A stretch of 62,019 bases of DNA, counting the filler, from Globobulimina sp. (Eukaryota): assembly GCA_003354225.1 (NCBI GenBank). It is 29 parts of 29 records of this genome, joined end to end, with 100 filler letters (N's around TTAATTAATTAA, not from the genome) between each part and the next. Parts side by side here need not be neighbours in the genome. Positions count along the whole stretch, not along the records: positions 47,140 to 49,179 come from PIVH01009504.1; positions 49,280 to 51,319 come from PIVH01009505.1; positions 51,420 to 53,459 come from PIVH01009506.1; positions 53,560 to 55,599 come from PIVH01009507.1; positions 55,700 to 57,739 come from PIVH01009508.1; positions 57,840 to 59,879 come from PIVH01009509.1; 23 more parts are not named here. The stretch is one strand, 5' to 3'. Positions 48,166 through 59,979 of this stretch are shown here, in pieces. The notes beneath the pieces were generated by a model. It did not search any database. It had not been told where the DNA came from and was given only the letters and a program-made list of their open reading frames with translations. Position 1 is the first letter of the stretch; each line of letters opens with the position of its first letter. The translations under genes were made by a program, and so were the position numbers.

Positions 48166-48218
48166 CAGGATTCGAAACCTAGGATTCGAAACCTAGGTCA
48201 ACTTCGAATACTAGGTTG
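48166..48218 (-). repeat. Three to four degenerate 14-16 bp tandem repeats
   Basis: AGGATTCGAAACCT twice followed by two degenerate copies. Confidence 0.6.
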
Positions 48219-49280
48219 AAAACCACTCTAGCTAACCCAAAAACCGTGCCAATCACAAAAGAAGTGTTTAGAAGTTAAAGCCCAAAAAGTCAACTGTGTT
48301 TACATAAAAAGTAGTGGATATTGTTTTTTTGATAGGCAAAACATGGGGTACCCAAAAATGTTTTGATACGCTTACGCAATTTTTATGTATTATAAATGAA
48401 AAGTTGCATTTTTTTAAAATTTGATTGAACGATGAGTTTTACTTTTAATAGATAACCCTCTCTCTCCTCGATATTTTCTATATGATTTATGCAAAGAAAA
48501 TTTAGTAAGCTGGTAGATACGCAACTATTATGTCCCATAAATTAATCAATGATATAAGAAAGCATTACTTATATGTTTTTATTACCAAAAACGCCATAAA
48601 AGTAACTTTATTTGCTGTTTTTAGCTAGACCCAGAACTAAAAATTTTATTTGCTGTATTAAAATAGAAACGAAAAACACTTTTATTTAATAAAATAGAAA
48701 CAAAAAAACAGAATTTTGAGACTCAAAAAGCAATGAATATTTACTATGAATATTGAGGGGGAGCTATGAATATTTACTTGCTATGAATATTTATGCACTT
48801 GGACCTGTCAAGGGATAATATATTTATTCTTTGATAATATATAAATGTTTTTTGAGAATATAAAGAATATATATATTATGATTTTTATGATTTTGTACAC
48901 ATCTACCAGTTTTTGCACATATTCCAGCATAGCAAAAGATTCTTATGATTTTGTACATCGCTACCAGTTTTTACACATTTATTATGCATTGAGTATTATT
49001 TTAACATAATTGTTTATTATTATTTTATTAATTAAATTTAATTATTAACTAATTACAAATAACTACTTTTATAAATTTTTTTTTTATTGCACTCTATAAT
49101 TCATAATCCATAGGGAATTTACCCAGTTGCAAATAACTACTTTTCTTGTAACTTTCTCATTAGTTTCCAAAAAAAAAACNNNNNNNNNNNNNNNNNNNNN
49201 NNNNNNNNNNNNNNNNNNNNNNNTTAATTAATTAANNNNNNNNNNNNNNNNNNNNNNNNNNNNNNNNNNNNNNNNNNNNT

Positions 49281-51319
49281 TGCAATGACGACACAGGCTG
49301 TCCAGTTGCTAATTATACAATGATAACATTACGATCATCCACAGGTCTTTGAATTTATTCAAAAATAAAATTGTATGATATACTTTCCTGTAGATTGGTT
49401 TTGATGGATTAGTTTTTAGATTATCCTCGCACAATACATAGGATCTGAAACGTCTAAAAACTAATTCCTCCGAACCAATCTACAGGAAAATATTCAGACA
49501 GATAACACCGATTTGATTATTCAGCAAAACATTCCATACAAATTATCATCAGATTTTTTGATGAAATAAAATGGGTTATCCGAGCGGTTCATGCATTTCT
49601 ATCCTATATAATTTAAACAGCGCCGCCAACACTAACTCCTTCATTCGTTCCCAGTGCTTCACCGACAGAAACACCATCATCTGCACCAAGTGCTTCTCCC
49701 ACCTATCCACCAACTCAATCTCCTAGCACTCCTACACTGAGTCCTTCATTCGTTCCCAGTTCTTCACCGACAGAAACACCCTCAAATGCACCTACTTCAT
49801 CACCAACACAACTGCCATCATCTGCGCCAAGTACAGCACCCACCTATCCACCCTCAAATGCGCCTAGTTCCTCGCCGACTGCATGTCCAGATTACGACAT
49901 ATCAATGATTTCCAACGATGGAATTGATATTGTTTATGAAATACAAGCAAATATTAATATGAATGGAACCTTATATAATAAGGAAATAATGCATTATAAA
50001 TCAGATGAAAAATTGCAATTTTATAAATCAATAATTCAATGTAATAATCCTACAGATACAGATACAGATATATGTTATATCGATTGTATTACACCAGCCG
50101 CATGCAGTGAATCTTTAATTATTCCTTCAAATAATAATCATTATTTATCTCAGTTAATCATGGTTTGTCATACAAGATGGGCCTGCGAGGAAAGTAAAAT
50201 TAATGTGAGTCAAATTGTAATTGATAATGTCACAGTAATATGTGATTATGCATTGTCTTGTGAATTAATGGATATTTATCTCAATATCACAGCAAATGGA
50301 GAATTTTCCCTTTATTGCACAGAATCATTGTCGTGTAACTCTATGACAATAAATATTGAAATGTTTAATGATGTTTATGATTATAAGATATTTATTTATT
50401 GTTTTCAAGATAATTCCTGTGATGGATTAAGTATTGATGCTGATGATAATATAGATATTTCCATAAATATGTACAAATTCAGCAAAGATATAAATATTAA
50501 ATATAAACAAGCTGATAAATTGAATATAATTTGTGGCAATGATAAGGATAAAATGTATATTAGATATGATACGATTGAGTTATTAGACAATAAACAAATC
50601 CATTTATTAGCACAAAAAGAATACGCTTCCAATCGCATGCCGTGCCAAGATATTTATGTTGATTGTACCTCAAATGTTGATTTCAAACAAGAATGTGTCT
50701 ATGAATATGACTTAAATCCATTGGATATTGAAAAAATAATCAAATCCCGACAATATTCCTCCTGTTTATGGCTTGATTTGAATAATATATTTACAGTGAA
50801 TTGCAATGGTAATTGTGGAGAAAATACAACATATTTTTATTATAATATATCAATGGAATTACAAATTATATTTGTGGCTGATGATGATTTTATTAATGGT
50901 TCAGACGCATTTATTGCTTGTGATGAATATTTTGGATCAATAAATGATACGACAGATACATTGGGAGATATTAGTTTCATTTTTGATTCATTGTTGGCAT
51001 TGTATTCAGTGCCAGAAATCAATGACATTTCAAAATCATCACAAACAAAATTACAAACTATTTCACCTCATTTGAATTGTTCACATAACGATGATAATAT
51101 GGCTCCATTAAAAATACATTTCACTGTGCAATCAACATTGGGTAAACAGGATAAAGTAACTGTTTTATTTGAGGAACATAGCATTTTTTATAATGAATCC
51201 GTATCATTATTGAATGAATACTTTGGTGATATGATTGTAATCCAAGTGATACATAACAAGACCATACAACAAAACAATACCATTCCTGATATTCGATATG
51301 TTGAGGTTAACGATGCAAA
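49281..51319 (+). CDS. Large Cys-rich, PST-mucin extracellular protein (internal part; probable intron 49345-49620)
   Basis: PSxxPT repeats, recurring C-x4-SC/AC motifs; splicing joins RSST to APPTLTPS in the frame of ORF 49905. Confidence 0.7.
49381..49492. mobile_element. Intronic MITE-like element, 37-bp TIRs, TA flanks
   Basis: 49384-49420 vs 49453-49489 reverse-complementary at 33/37; TA at 49381-2 and 49491-2. Confidence 0.75.
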
Positions 51320-51419
51320 NNNNNNNNNNNNNNNNNNNNNNNNNNNNNNNNNNNNNNNNNNNNTTAATTAATTAANNNNNNNNNNNNNNNNNNNNNNNNN
51401 NNNNNNNNNNNNNNNNNNN

Positions 51420-51489
51420 AGGCCTTATAGGCCTTATAGGCCTTATAGGCCTTATAGGCCTTATAGGCCTTATAGGCCTTATAGGCCTT
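51420..51489. repeat. Perfect 9-bp tandem repeat (GGCCTTATA)n, at least 7.7 copies, truncated by the contig edge
   Basis: Directly visible. Confidence 0.95.
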
Positions 51490-51629
51490 GAGGAAAGCCA
51501 AGGCTGGCCCTGGTGTGGTTGGGCAAAATGAGGTTGTGGGGCATAGCCACAATCCCTTGAGGCTGACATACCAAAGAAACCAATGAAACCGCCCAAAACG
51601 ACCCAAAAATTGAGTTTGGCACAGCTGGA

Positions 51630-53459
51630 ATGGACATTAGGATATTAAAGAAAAATAAATTTTTAAAACGGATCTTCTCAAAAAAAAAGACGAAACCCGA
51701 CATTGATGAGTTTAATCTGAAAGAGCATGAATGGTTAATTCAAGATCCATCACTAATTTGTAAACAAAATAAATGCAACGCATTGCTGGATGTAACAATG
51801 CAAAAACTATTGGATAAAATGGGGAAATTACAGAACCGATTTTATACGCACTCACATTGGAGAAACAGAGCTTTTATGCAAATTGATGTTGAATCGCTAT
51901 GTAGTTCGATTATAATAACAACAAAACAATATGCGAGCAAAGATGTGTCTTTTCCCAGAAAACAGCGGATATTATCCACATTGTTGCAGCATTTCAAACA
52001 GAATGGAGTCAAATTGCATGCACCCGGCGATATTGATTACTTATTACCGGCACAATTGTTTTTAAATAAATATTTATCGTCAAAATATGCAGTATCTGTG
52101 ATAATAAGTGATGAATTTAATGAGTTAGTTGGTTGTAACAATAATACTAAATTCAATGAATGGTTTGAAACATTAACGGTTAAATCGGAGGATTATTATT
52201 ATAATATTATCCATAAAATGTGTCAGTTGCGAGTGCGACGAATGTCTGCTCATTCAAACATACACGAAGCAAATAAATGTTATGGTATCACGGAGAGGTT
52301 ATTATCTTCGATATTGTCGCAACGGAATGGTTTGGATGATTTGTTAAAACAAATTGCAACATTACAACAGTGGTATATTAATATTTCATTTGAATTAAAC
52401 CAAACCGACACAAAAACAGAAAGTAAAAAATCTGAAGATATTCAGCAATTATTCTGGAACATTCGCCACAAATTAAGCATCATCACACAATGCGTAAATA
52501 CATTAATTACGGTTTATTCCAAAATAACAGCAATTTGTAAACAAAAGGATAAAAAAGAAAATCAGAGCAGAAAGAGAATGGCAAATGATATATTTGATAG
52601 TGATGAATTGGCACAATTTGAGGAATGTATTCCTGATTTTATTGCTGATGAAGATTATGAAAATGATATCGATCGCAATAAAATTAACGACCCAATCATC
52701 CAATCTTTAATTAATTCGAAAACGTTTATAAGTAAAGAATATGATATGTCATTAGCGCAAATTCAGCAAATCGCGAATAAATTAAATAAATATCAACAAA
52801 TATTTGATCAAGTCACCAGACATAAATTATCGCCACAAAAATATGAATTAATGCATCATGAATGTTATACGCCATTTTGGTCTGATAATGCATTCAATAA
52901 ATTATCATCAATCTATAATGGATTGAGTGCAATCTATAACTCATTGCACTCATTTCCATGTTTTGATACTTTGAATATTTGCATACAATTTGAATCATTA
53001 AAGGATCCATCATCACAAGGTATGGATATTGATATCGATAAGGAATTAAATGAAGAATATGTGCAATGTTATGAGTCTGTTATTGAACAAATACAATTTT
53101 GTATTCAAGATGTAATTCATTTGGTAAATGCCTCGGAATTTAATCCCCCAAATAATGATAATGCTGATTTAGAGGCAGAATTCAAAGAAAATGTAGAAAA
53201 TAAATATTTTCTATATCAACAACAATCATTCATTGGTATTACCAAAGCATTCCACGGCAAAGAAATCGCAGAAAAATTGCAAAAATTAATAGATATCATA
53301 CATTCATCAAATATAAGAGATTACCATTGCAAATTAAATAATTTATTATTAATGATTAAAAATATAATAAACATTGGACGTTTTGTATTTAATCACAACC
53401 TTCAAACTCATAAATCATTCTGCAAATTGCAATATCTTTTACCGAGTTTATTCAATGGC
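51630..53459 (+). CDS. Probable midasin (Rea1) linker-region exon
   Basis: RKQRILSTLLQHFKQNG and HKSFCKLQYLLPSLF resemble conserved midasin linker segments; long helical ORF. Confidence 0.55.
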
Positions 53460-53639
53460 NNNNNNNNNNNNNNNNNNNNNNNNNNNNNNNNNNNNNNNNN
53501 NNNTTAATTAATTAANNNNNNNNNNNNNNNNNNNNNNNNNNNNNNNNNNNNNNNNNNNNATGCAAATAACAACTTTTACATTTTTAAAAGTTTGCGCATG
53601 TCCGAATTATCACACAATGCAGAAACGTTTGTTTTTGAG

Positions 53640-54854
53640 TTACAGTTTGTTCGTATTATATTTTTTATTGTCAGCAGCTTTTCTTAGCAATGCCATTGCC
53701 ACAATATGCGGTGGGATATGATTTGCATCACTTGGCGGCAATAAAAAACATGGTATATTCAGTCCACACTCTTTAAATCTATCACCATAATAACACGGCG
53801 CCACATATTCATCCCCATGAAAATAAAATAAATCCGGTTTCTCATCAATTTGCTGCATTAACTGTTCGACATGAAACACAATTTTAGCATTATTTATTGT
53901 AAAATCCTTTCCATTGCTTTTACTCTCTTCACCCACACTCATCTCGACCTGCCTTACAATGTCAGCCATATCCTTTGTATACTTGTTATTATTCTCATTT
54001 GCTCTCTGCATCATACATTTTTTATTTGCAGCATGATGCCTACAAATGCACGAATATACACTGGTTCTCACTGCACAACAAAGCAACCACACAGCATGTG
54101 CTATTCCCGTTGATTCCACAATTAAACACACACCAAATGCTACATTCATGCCATATAAATTTAAAAATTCCACAGGATATGCGGCTGCTAACACCTGTGG
54201 AGTCAATTGAGCTATGGTTACAACTAAAATAACGCCCAGAAATCCAGAAAACATAAATGTATTCATCACCCATTCCGGCACCTCAATAATCCACACATCA
54301 AAGGTAGTAATCCGAGCACACACAAAGACCAACAAGACCACTAAAACCTGTCTGCCAATTAAGAAACGTTCGACATTACGGCCGCTGTTCTCCCATTTTA
54401 ACAGTTTGTGTGCGCGCGGGTAATATCGCCGAAAATGATAAGGATCCTCATGTGCCAACTCGACCACTGCGATCTGCAAACCTTCCAAGATTCCCAACGC
54501 AAGCAATGCCAAAACAAGTATTACATAAAGTGCCCAGTTTGGAAGGGATTTGGGAATTAAGGTCTCATGTTTCGTCATTGCATAAACCACTGAAAACACG
54601 CTAAGAATTAATAAGGCGGAGCCCAATATTAAACGTGTGATATAGAAACATTGTCCCAATCTGCTGGATGTATTTGGCAATAATGTAATTGCATCATCGC
54701 CGTGCGTTTCTAAATCAATTGACTTGCTATGTTCAATATGAACTTCGTTTGCCACTTTTATCGACACATTTGATGCATAGGAAGACGCTTTGCTCTTTGA
54801 TGGAGCTAATAACCTATCTGTTGAGATTGTTGCTGCGTTTGGATGTCGAGACAT
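53640..54854 (-). CDS. SIT-like (SIT-L) silicon transporter
   Basis: LEGLQIA (EGxQ) and FLIGRQ motifs, IAQLTPQVLAAAYP; about five TM helices with a single motif pair. Confidence 0.88.
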   Translation of the reverse strand: MSRHPNAATISTDRLLAPSKSKASSYASNVSIKVANEVHIEHSKSIDLETHGDDAITLLPNTSSRLGQCFYITRLILGSALLILSVFSVVYAMTKHETLIPKSLPNWALYVILVLALLALGILEGLQIAVVELAHEDPYHFRRYYPRAHKLLKWENSGRNVERFLIGRQVLVVLLVFVCARITTFDVWIIEVPEWVMNTFMFSGFLGVILVVTIAQLTPQVLAAAYPVEFLNLYGMNVAFGVCLIVESTGIAHAVWLLCCAVRTSVYSCICRHHAANKKCMMQRANENNNKYTKDMADIVRQVEMSVGEESKSNGKDFTINNAKIVFHVEQLMQQIDEKPDLFYFHGDEYVAPCYYGDRFKECGLNIPCFLLPPSDANHIPPHIVAMALLRKAADNKKYNTNKL

Positions 54855-54893
54855 AAGTAAGTAAGTCAGTACTTTTCATTGTAAAATCTTAGC

Positions 54894-55599
54894 TTAATAT
54901 TCCGCTTTAACTATGAATAAAGGAAATCCAGGAGGTACAGGATACATTTTCTGCACTGTTTCTGGCAAAAGTCCCATCATATCATCTCCTGATACAACAT
55001 CAATTGTGTTGAAGTTATATTTCTCAAAAAAAGGAATTATATCATCCGATTCCAATGTAAATTTCATTATTTCGCCTTTTTTTTCCAAATAATCTCTTAC
55101 CGTTTCATCTTCTACACTCTCCGTTGCCGCATAAATACTAAATACAGCAATGGAATTTCTCCCAGCAGTCTGTTGAATAAATCTAAATATTTTATCCACG
55201 GCTTTAGGCTGTAAATACATTAAAAGTCCCTCTAATTGAAATAATGTGGCAACATTTGAATTATACGGCGTTTCATCCATACAAAGTTTGTCTGAGCCCT
55301 CATTCAAATCACAAGGGACAAAGGTCAAATATGATGGTATATCATTCCATTCGAAATGCTGACATATGATCCCTTTCTTTGCTTGTTGTAAATTCGGCAA
55401 ATCCACCTCAAAAACACTGACATTATGTGCTGTAATGATATCTTTATATCGAATGGAGCGGGAATCAAAACCTGCCCCAATACTAATAATCTGTTTAATG
55501 CCACGTTGTTCCATTGCTTCAGTCCAAACACTGTCATAAAAGCCCGTCTTTGCCCCAACTATAGGCACAAATACGTCCATTGAATTTAATGTCACGAGT
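54894..55599 (-). CDS. LCM-family SAM-dependent methyltransferase (5'-partial)
   Basis: QIISIGAGFDSR, FEVDLP, VPCDL, EGLLMYL. Confidence 0.85.
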
Positions 55600-55699
55600 N
55601 NNNNNNNNNNNNNNNNNNNNNNNNNNNNNNNNNNNNNNNNNNNTTAATTAATTAANNNNNNNNNNNNNNNNNNNNNNNNNNNNNNNNNNNNNNNNNNNN

Positions 55700-57739
55700 G
55701 CCACGATTACGTCGCTCATGGCCTCTATCTCGACGCTCATAGCCACGGTTATTACGCCTATCCGACCTCCGACCATTTCCATAGTCATATTTCTTATTTT
55801 TATTAACATCAAATCTTCATAAATATATTGAAAATCCATTATATTTTCATTATTTAATTCATTAATAAATCTCTTATAAAAATAAACAACATTATTTTTT
55901 TCTAATATCATATTTATATCATTTAATAATTGTATCCCATTAATTTTAATATTAAAATATCTACACACTAATTGACCGACATCTTGTGTGTGTTTTGAAC
56001 CTGTTCTGGTTCCCCAGAAATCATAGCAATCCACCAACGTTTTGCCATCAAACCGATATCCACAGTTTTTCAATTCAGTCACTGCCAAAGGAAGCTGCCT
56101 AAACGCCCACGTTAAGTCAGTCTTAGCTAAATAAAATCCTTTGCCCCATAATAAATAAAATACATAGCAATAATTGATCAGTTCCTTTACATGGAACAAT
56201 TTAATCCTTGCTTTATCATCACCGGTCAACATATTTATGGATGGATATCTCTCCGAACCTAAAGTGCCATCTCTGATTACTCGCCATTGTAAGACCTCCC
56301 CTGTGATGGGATCAGTCTCTTTCGGTCTTACAAACAGTGGAACATAACCATTCAACTCCGACATCCATCCAACTATTTTCCCTCTGCACATATCATTTGT
56401 CAATTCTTTGGCTATTGCCAATTTCGCGACTCTTCCTCCTGCATCATCCGCATATGTTTGTTGATTTAATATTGAATTATTTTTATTAGTTATCCCTAGC
56501 TGCCAACCAAACTTCAAATGATGATGCATAGCCTGTGAGAGCGCATAATATTTCCCATCACTATGCCGCTCAACAAAAGGTAGTATCTCTATGTACCACA
56601 CAGTACTATTTAATAATAATTTTGACTGTTTATATTTTGTTGTGCCATATGCTTGCCTGAAAGCAGCAATTGCCAACTTTTCTGTATCTTAATTTTATTT
56701 ATTTATTTATTTGCATTATTTTTTATTTTTGATTTGTTGTATTTTATGTGTATTTTATATTAATTCTATTTGATTTGTTGGCAATTCATTTCTTCACAAA
56801 AACTCAATTGGTTGAGAAAAATCACACTCCAGTTTTAACGTCACCACCTTAGGCCCGCTAGAGAGTCCCTTTACTGCATATAGACTTTCACAAAGTTTGC
56901 TATTGCATAAAGAGGCAAAATTATAACGTGAGACTGTGTCGCTACTCCTAACTACTACTTTTACTTTTAACTTAATTTAAGCTTTTTAAGCTTTTCTAGT
57001 GTGCAAAAACACAAACTCTTATCTCCAAAAGCAACAACAATTGCTTCGAGAGCTTGAAGAATAATGTTATCATTTTATATTGATATAATATGGAATACCA
57101 TGAATTCATTTGTCACCGCATATAGTCAGTCCAATACAGTCATTACATAATCAAAACATTTAATCAATAACAATTATAATACTCATATCATACAAATGCA
57201 TACAATCCATTCATACCATCATACAATACAACAATTGCTATCAATTACATTTAATAATGCACATATTGACCATATACAAATTAACATTATGACAGTAACA
57301 CTCTTAGTCCTTTGGTACGTCTATCGACCACCAAAATGCCTCTCCTGTGCACGCGGACAATCCTCCGTTCTGTGCATATTTGCTATGCCACACGTTTCAC
57401 AATAATGTGGATAGTAACAATTACGAAAATTATATTTATTATTACAACTCAGATGACTACGCGAATAAAATCTGCATGCTTCCATACCAAAATATTTATC
57501 TGTAATGAATGTTGATCCATTTTTATTTACATACATATCATTTCTACGACGCATATCGGAGTTATTATTCCCTCTCGATGTCATGTCTCTGCCTTCACTC
57601 TGTCTGTCTCGTCGATCATTGCCACGATTACGTCGCTCATGGCCTCTATCTCGACGCTCATAGCCACGGTTATTACGCCTATCCGACCTCCGACCATTTC
57701 CATAGTCATATTTCTTATTTTTATTAACATCAAATCTTC
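55700..57739 (-). mobile_element. DIRS/Ngaro-like retrotransposon fragment: gag C-terminus with knuckle (57737-57321) and N-terminal half of RT (56676 to ~55820); 119-bp terminal redundancy
   Basis: CETCGIANMHRTEDC; PLFVRPK..WRVIRD, SIN, LAKTDLTWAFRQLPL, DCYDFWGTRTG; 55700-55818 identical to 57621-57739. Confidence 0.7.
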
Positions 57740-57931
57740 NNNNNNNNNNNNNNNNNNNNNNNNNNNNNNNNNNNNNNNNNNNNTTAATTAATTAANNNNN
57801 NNNNNNNNNNNNNNNNNNNNNNNNNNNNNNNNNNNNNNNTGAATTCAATCATTACACTTTTCTTGTTTTGTTAATATTGATATAAACAAATAATAGTATA
57901 CATATTGTATACAATTGTCGGAATATAAGAA

Positions 57932-58360
57932 CTAAACTGGTATTAACGATGGAACAGTCATTGACATATTAGATATATTGTAATATTTGATGGTCGCAGT
58001 ACTGATAATGGCTTCATTCTTTGTTATGGAGATATTTGGCTGAAGATATAACGTTAAAATCGCTGTTGTTGACGCATTAATTGCACTCCATTTGGCAATC
58101 AATGATGATTTTTGATACGAATTTATTGGATCTTCTCCCCCAATAAAATATGTTTGATTGTCAAATATGAATGATGATTGAGACGGAATGCTCCAATTTA
58201 ATGATACGTGATGAATTGTGTTTGTTAATACAGTAATGTTGAACTTGCAGCTTATGTTGTATCCATAATGCTGATCACTCAAATATGTCAAACACACAGG
58301 CGTAAATCGGACACACAGAGCATAGTTAATCAACAATGCAATTGTACACACAAAGTACAT
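57932..58360 (-). CDS. Putative secreted/surface protein, probably first exon
   Basis: Signal-peptide-like start; many N-x-S/T sites. Confidence 0.45.
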   Translation of the reverse strand: MYFVCTIALLINYALCVRFTPVCLTYLSDQHYGYNISCKFNITVLTNTIHHVSLNWSIPSQSSFIFDNQTYFIGGEDPINSYQKSSLIAKWSAINASTTAILTLYLQPNISITKNEAIISTATIKYYNISNMSMTVPSLIPV

Positions 58361-58672
58361 TTAAGTATGGCCCTAATGAAAAAGTGGTTTAGGTTCAACG
58401 ATATATTCCAAAAGGTAGCCCCCTCCTCCTTTGTATACCGAAAATTCAATTATAACTTTGTTCTAGATTTATAACAAACGCAGAACAAACCAAGACAATC
58501 CTATAGAAAACCGTGTCTGGATTTGCAAAGCGTTTCTCAGATAATTGAATCAAATGTATACAACTTATAGACCAGGGGCGGGCATATTTGAAACGTTTCA
58601 AACTTTCAAAATCCGTGGGCGTTGTGAATGAAAGTCGCATCAAAAACGAAAAGCGTTTTAGCCTAATATTTT

Positions 58673-59612
58673 TTGAACATGTTACATTCCCGAAATACTA
58701 ACTTTCCACGTGTATCCATTACATCATTAAAATATTTATGTGGTGTTTCTATTTGCATATTCCTTTGCTTCACTGTATATCTAGCATACGTACAATATCA
58801 CTCGCAAGGATTTAGCTATGTTGCTGCTCAATGCCTCTTCAAATCATATGCATCTTTGGATGATTACTCGAAATCCATTAATACATATCCCAACATATCG
58901 GAGATGATAAAAACATCAATATCTAAAGATTACAGTTGGATTGGTTCATTTCCAACCGATAAAATGGGCAAACATAATTACACAAAATACTATGACATTT
59001 TGTTTGAACCCTATTTGTCTAAAAATAGAAATGAAGATTATGCTGTCAATATACTTGAGATTGGTGTCAAAAAAGGTGGCAGCTTGAAACTGTGGCGTGA
59101 GCTCTTCTCGTCGTCCTCAAACATCTATGGAATTGATACTGATCCTGGAATACCAACAGTTGAGTCCTTTGTGGTTGCCTTGCATTGTGAATATATGACA
59201 ATAAACATACAATGCACAGTTTATTAAGGATGCACATATCAAAACATTGGTGTTTGATTCTGGAAATCCCTACGAAGTCGACAAAGCTTTTGGTGATGGG
59301 ATTAAATTTGATATCATCATTGATGATGGATGTCATTTGGTACGTTGCCAAAAAAGGACATTGCAAACATTGGCAAAATATTTAAAGGATGATGGTCTTT
59401 ATATAATTGAGGATTTCCCTAAGTATGGATTAAAGTTTGTAGCTCAGTTCGAAAATACTGCAAAGACGTATCATTATAAAATGGTGAGTGTACACGCTGA
59501 CAAATATGAGAAACAATTTGTAATATTTTTATATCCAGAAAAATCCATAGCGCCAGAGATTAATGTTGGAAAACTTGACAGATATTCTTTTGAAGTTAGC
59601 CAGTCGGCCTAA
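58673..59612 (+). CDS. Type II membrane-anchored class I SAM methyltransferase (Methyltransf_24-like); intron 59159-59228
   Basis: TDKMGKHNY..YY, ILEIGV..GGSL.LW, YGID, FDIIIDDGCH, LKDDGLYIIED; the 70-nt intron joins the ORFs in frame. Confidence 0.85.
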
Positions 59613-59979
59613 TATTGTCTTGTTGCGCGAGCACAAATATTCTGCTGTATTTCAACTCACACGACTGACCAGTTCCGCTGTATATAGCCGATAAATTACA
59701 ACCCGCTCTACCCTCTATCTACAGCTCTATATACAGCTGAATATACACCAGTGACTTAGTCGATTTAGTTCACAAATAATGGCGCGTATTCCTTGCTGTA
59801 TCATTGTCACAGAACTTATTCATATTCTATTGGTGATTGCAAATATAATTTCTGATGGATATGTATTATATGAAATGAGNNNNNNNNNNNNNNNNNNNNN
59901 NNNNNNNNNNNNNNNNNNNNNNNTTAATTAATTAANNNNNNNNNNNNNNNNNNNNNNNNNNNNNNNNNNNNNNNNNNNN

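Noticed and set aside
48166-48240. tRNA gene
   Set aside because: Only T-arm-like sequence; no acceptor stem or anticodon arm found. No rRNA or tRNA genes were recognised anywhere in the window.
51420-51489. Telomeric repeat
   Set aside because: No G-rich strand bias and it precedes what looks like an internal exon; not excluded but unsupported.
59677-59737. 11-bp inverted repeat GCTGTATATAG/CTATATACAGC
   Set aside because: Too short and low-complexity to call an element or ncRNA.
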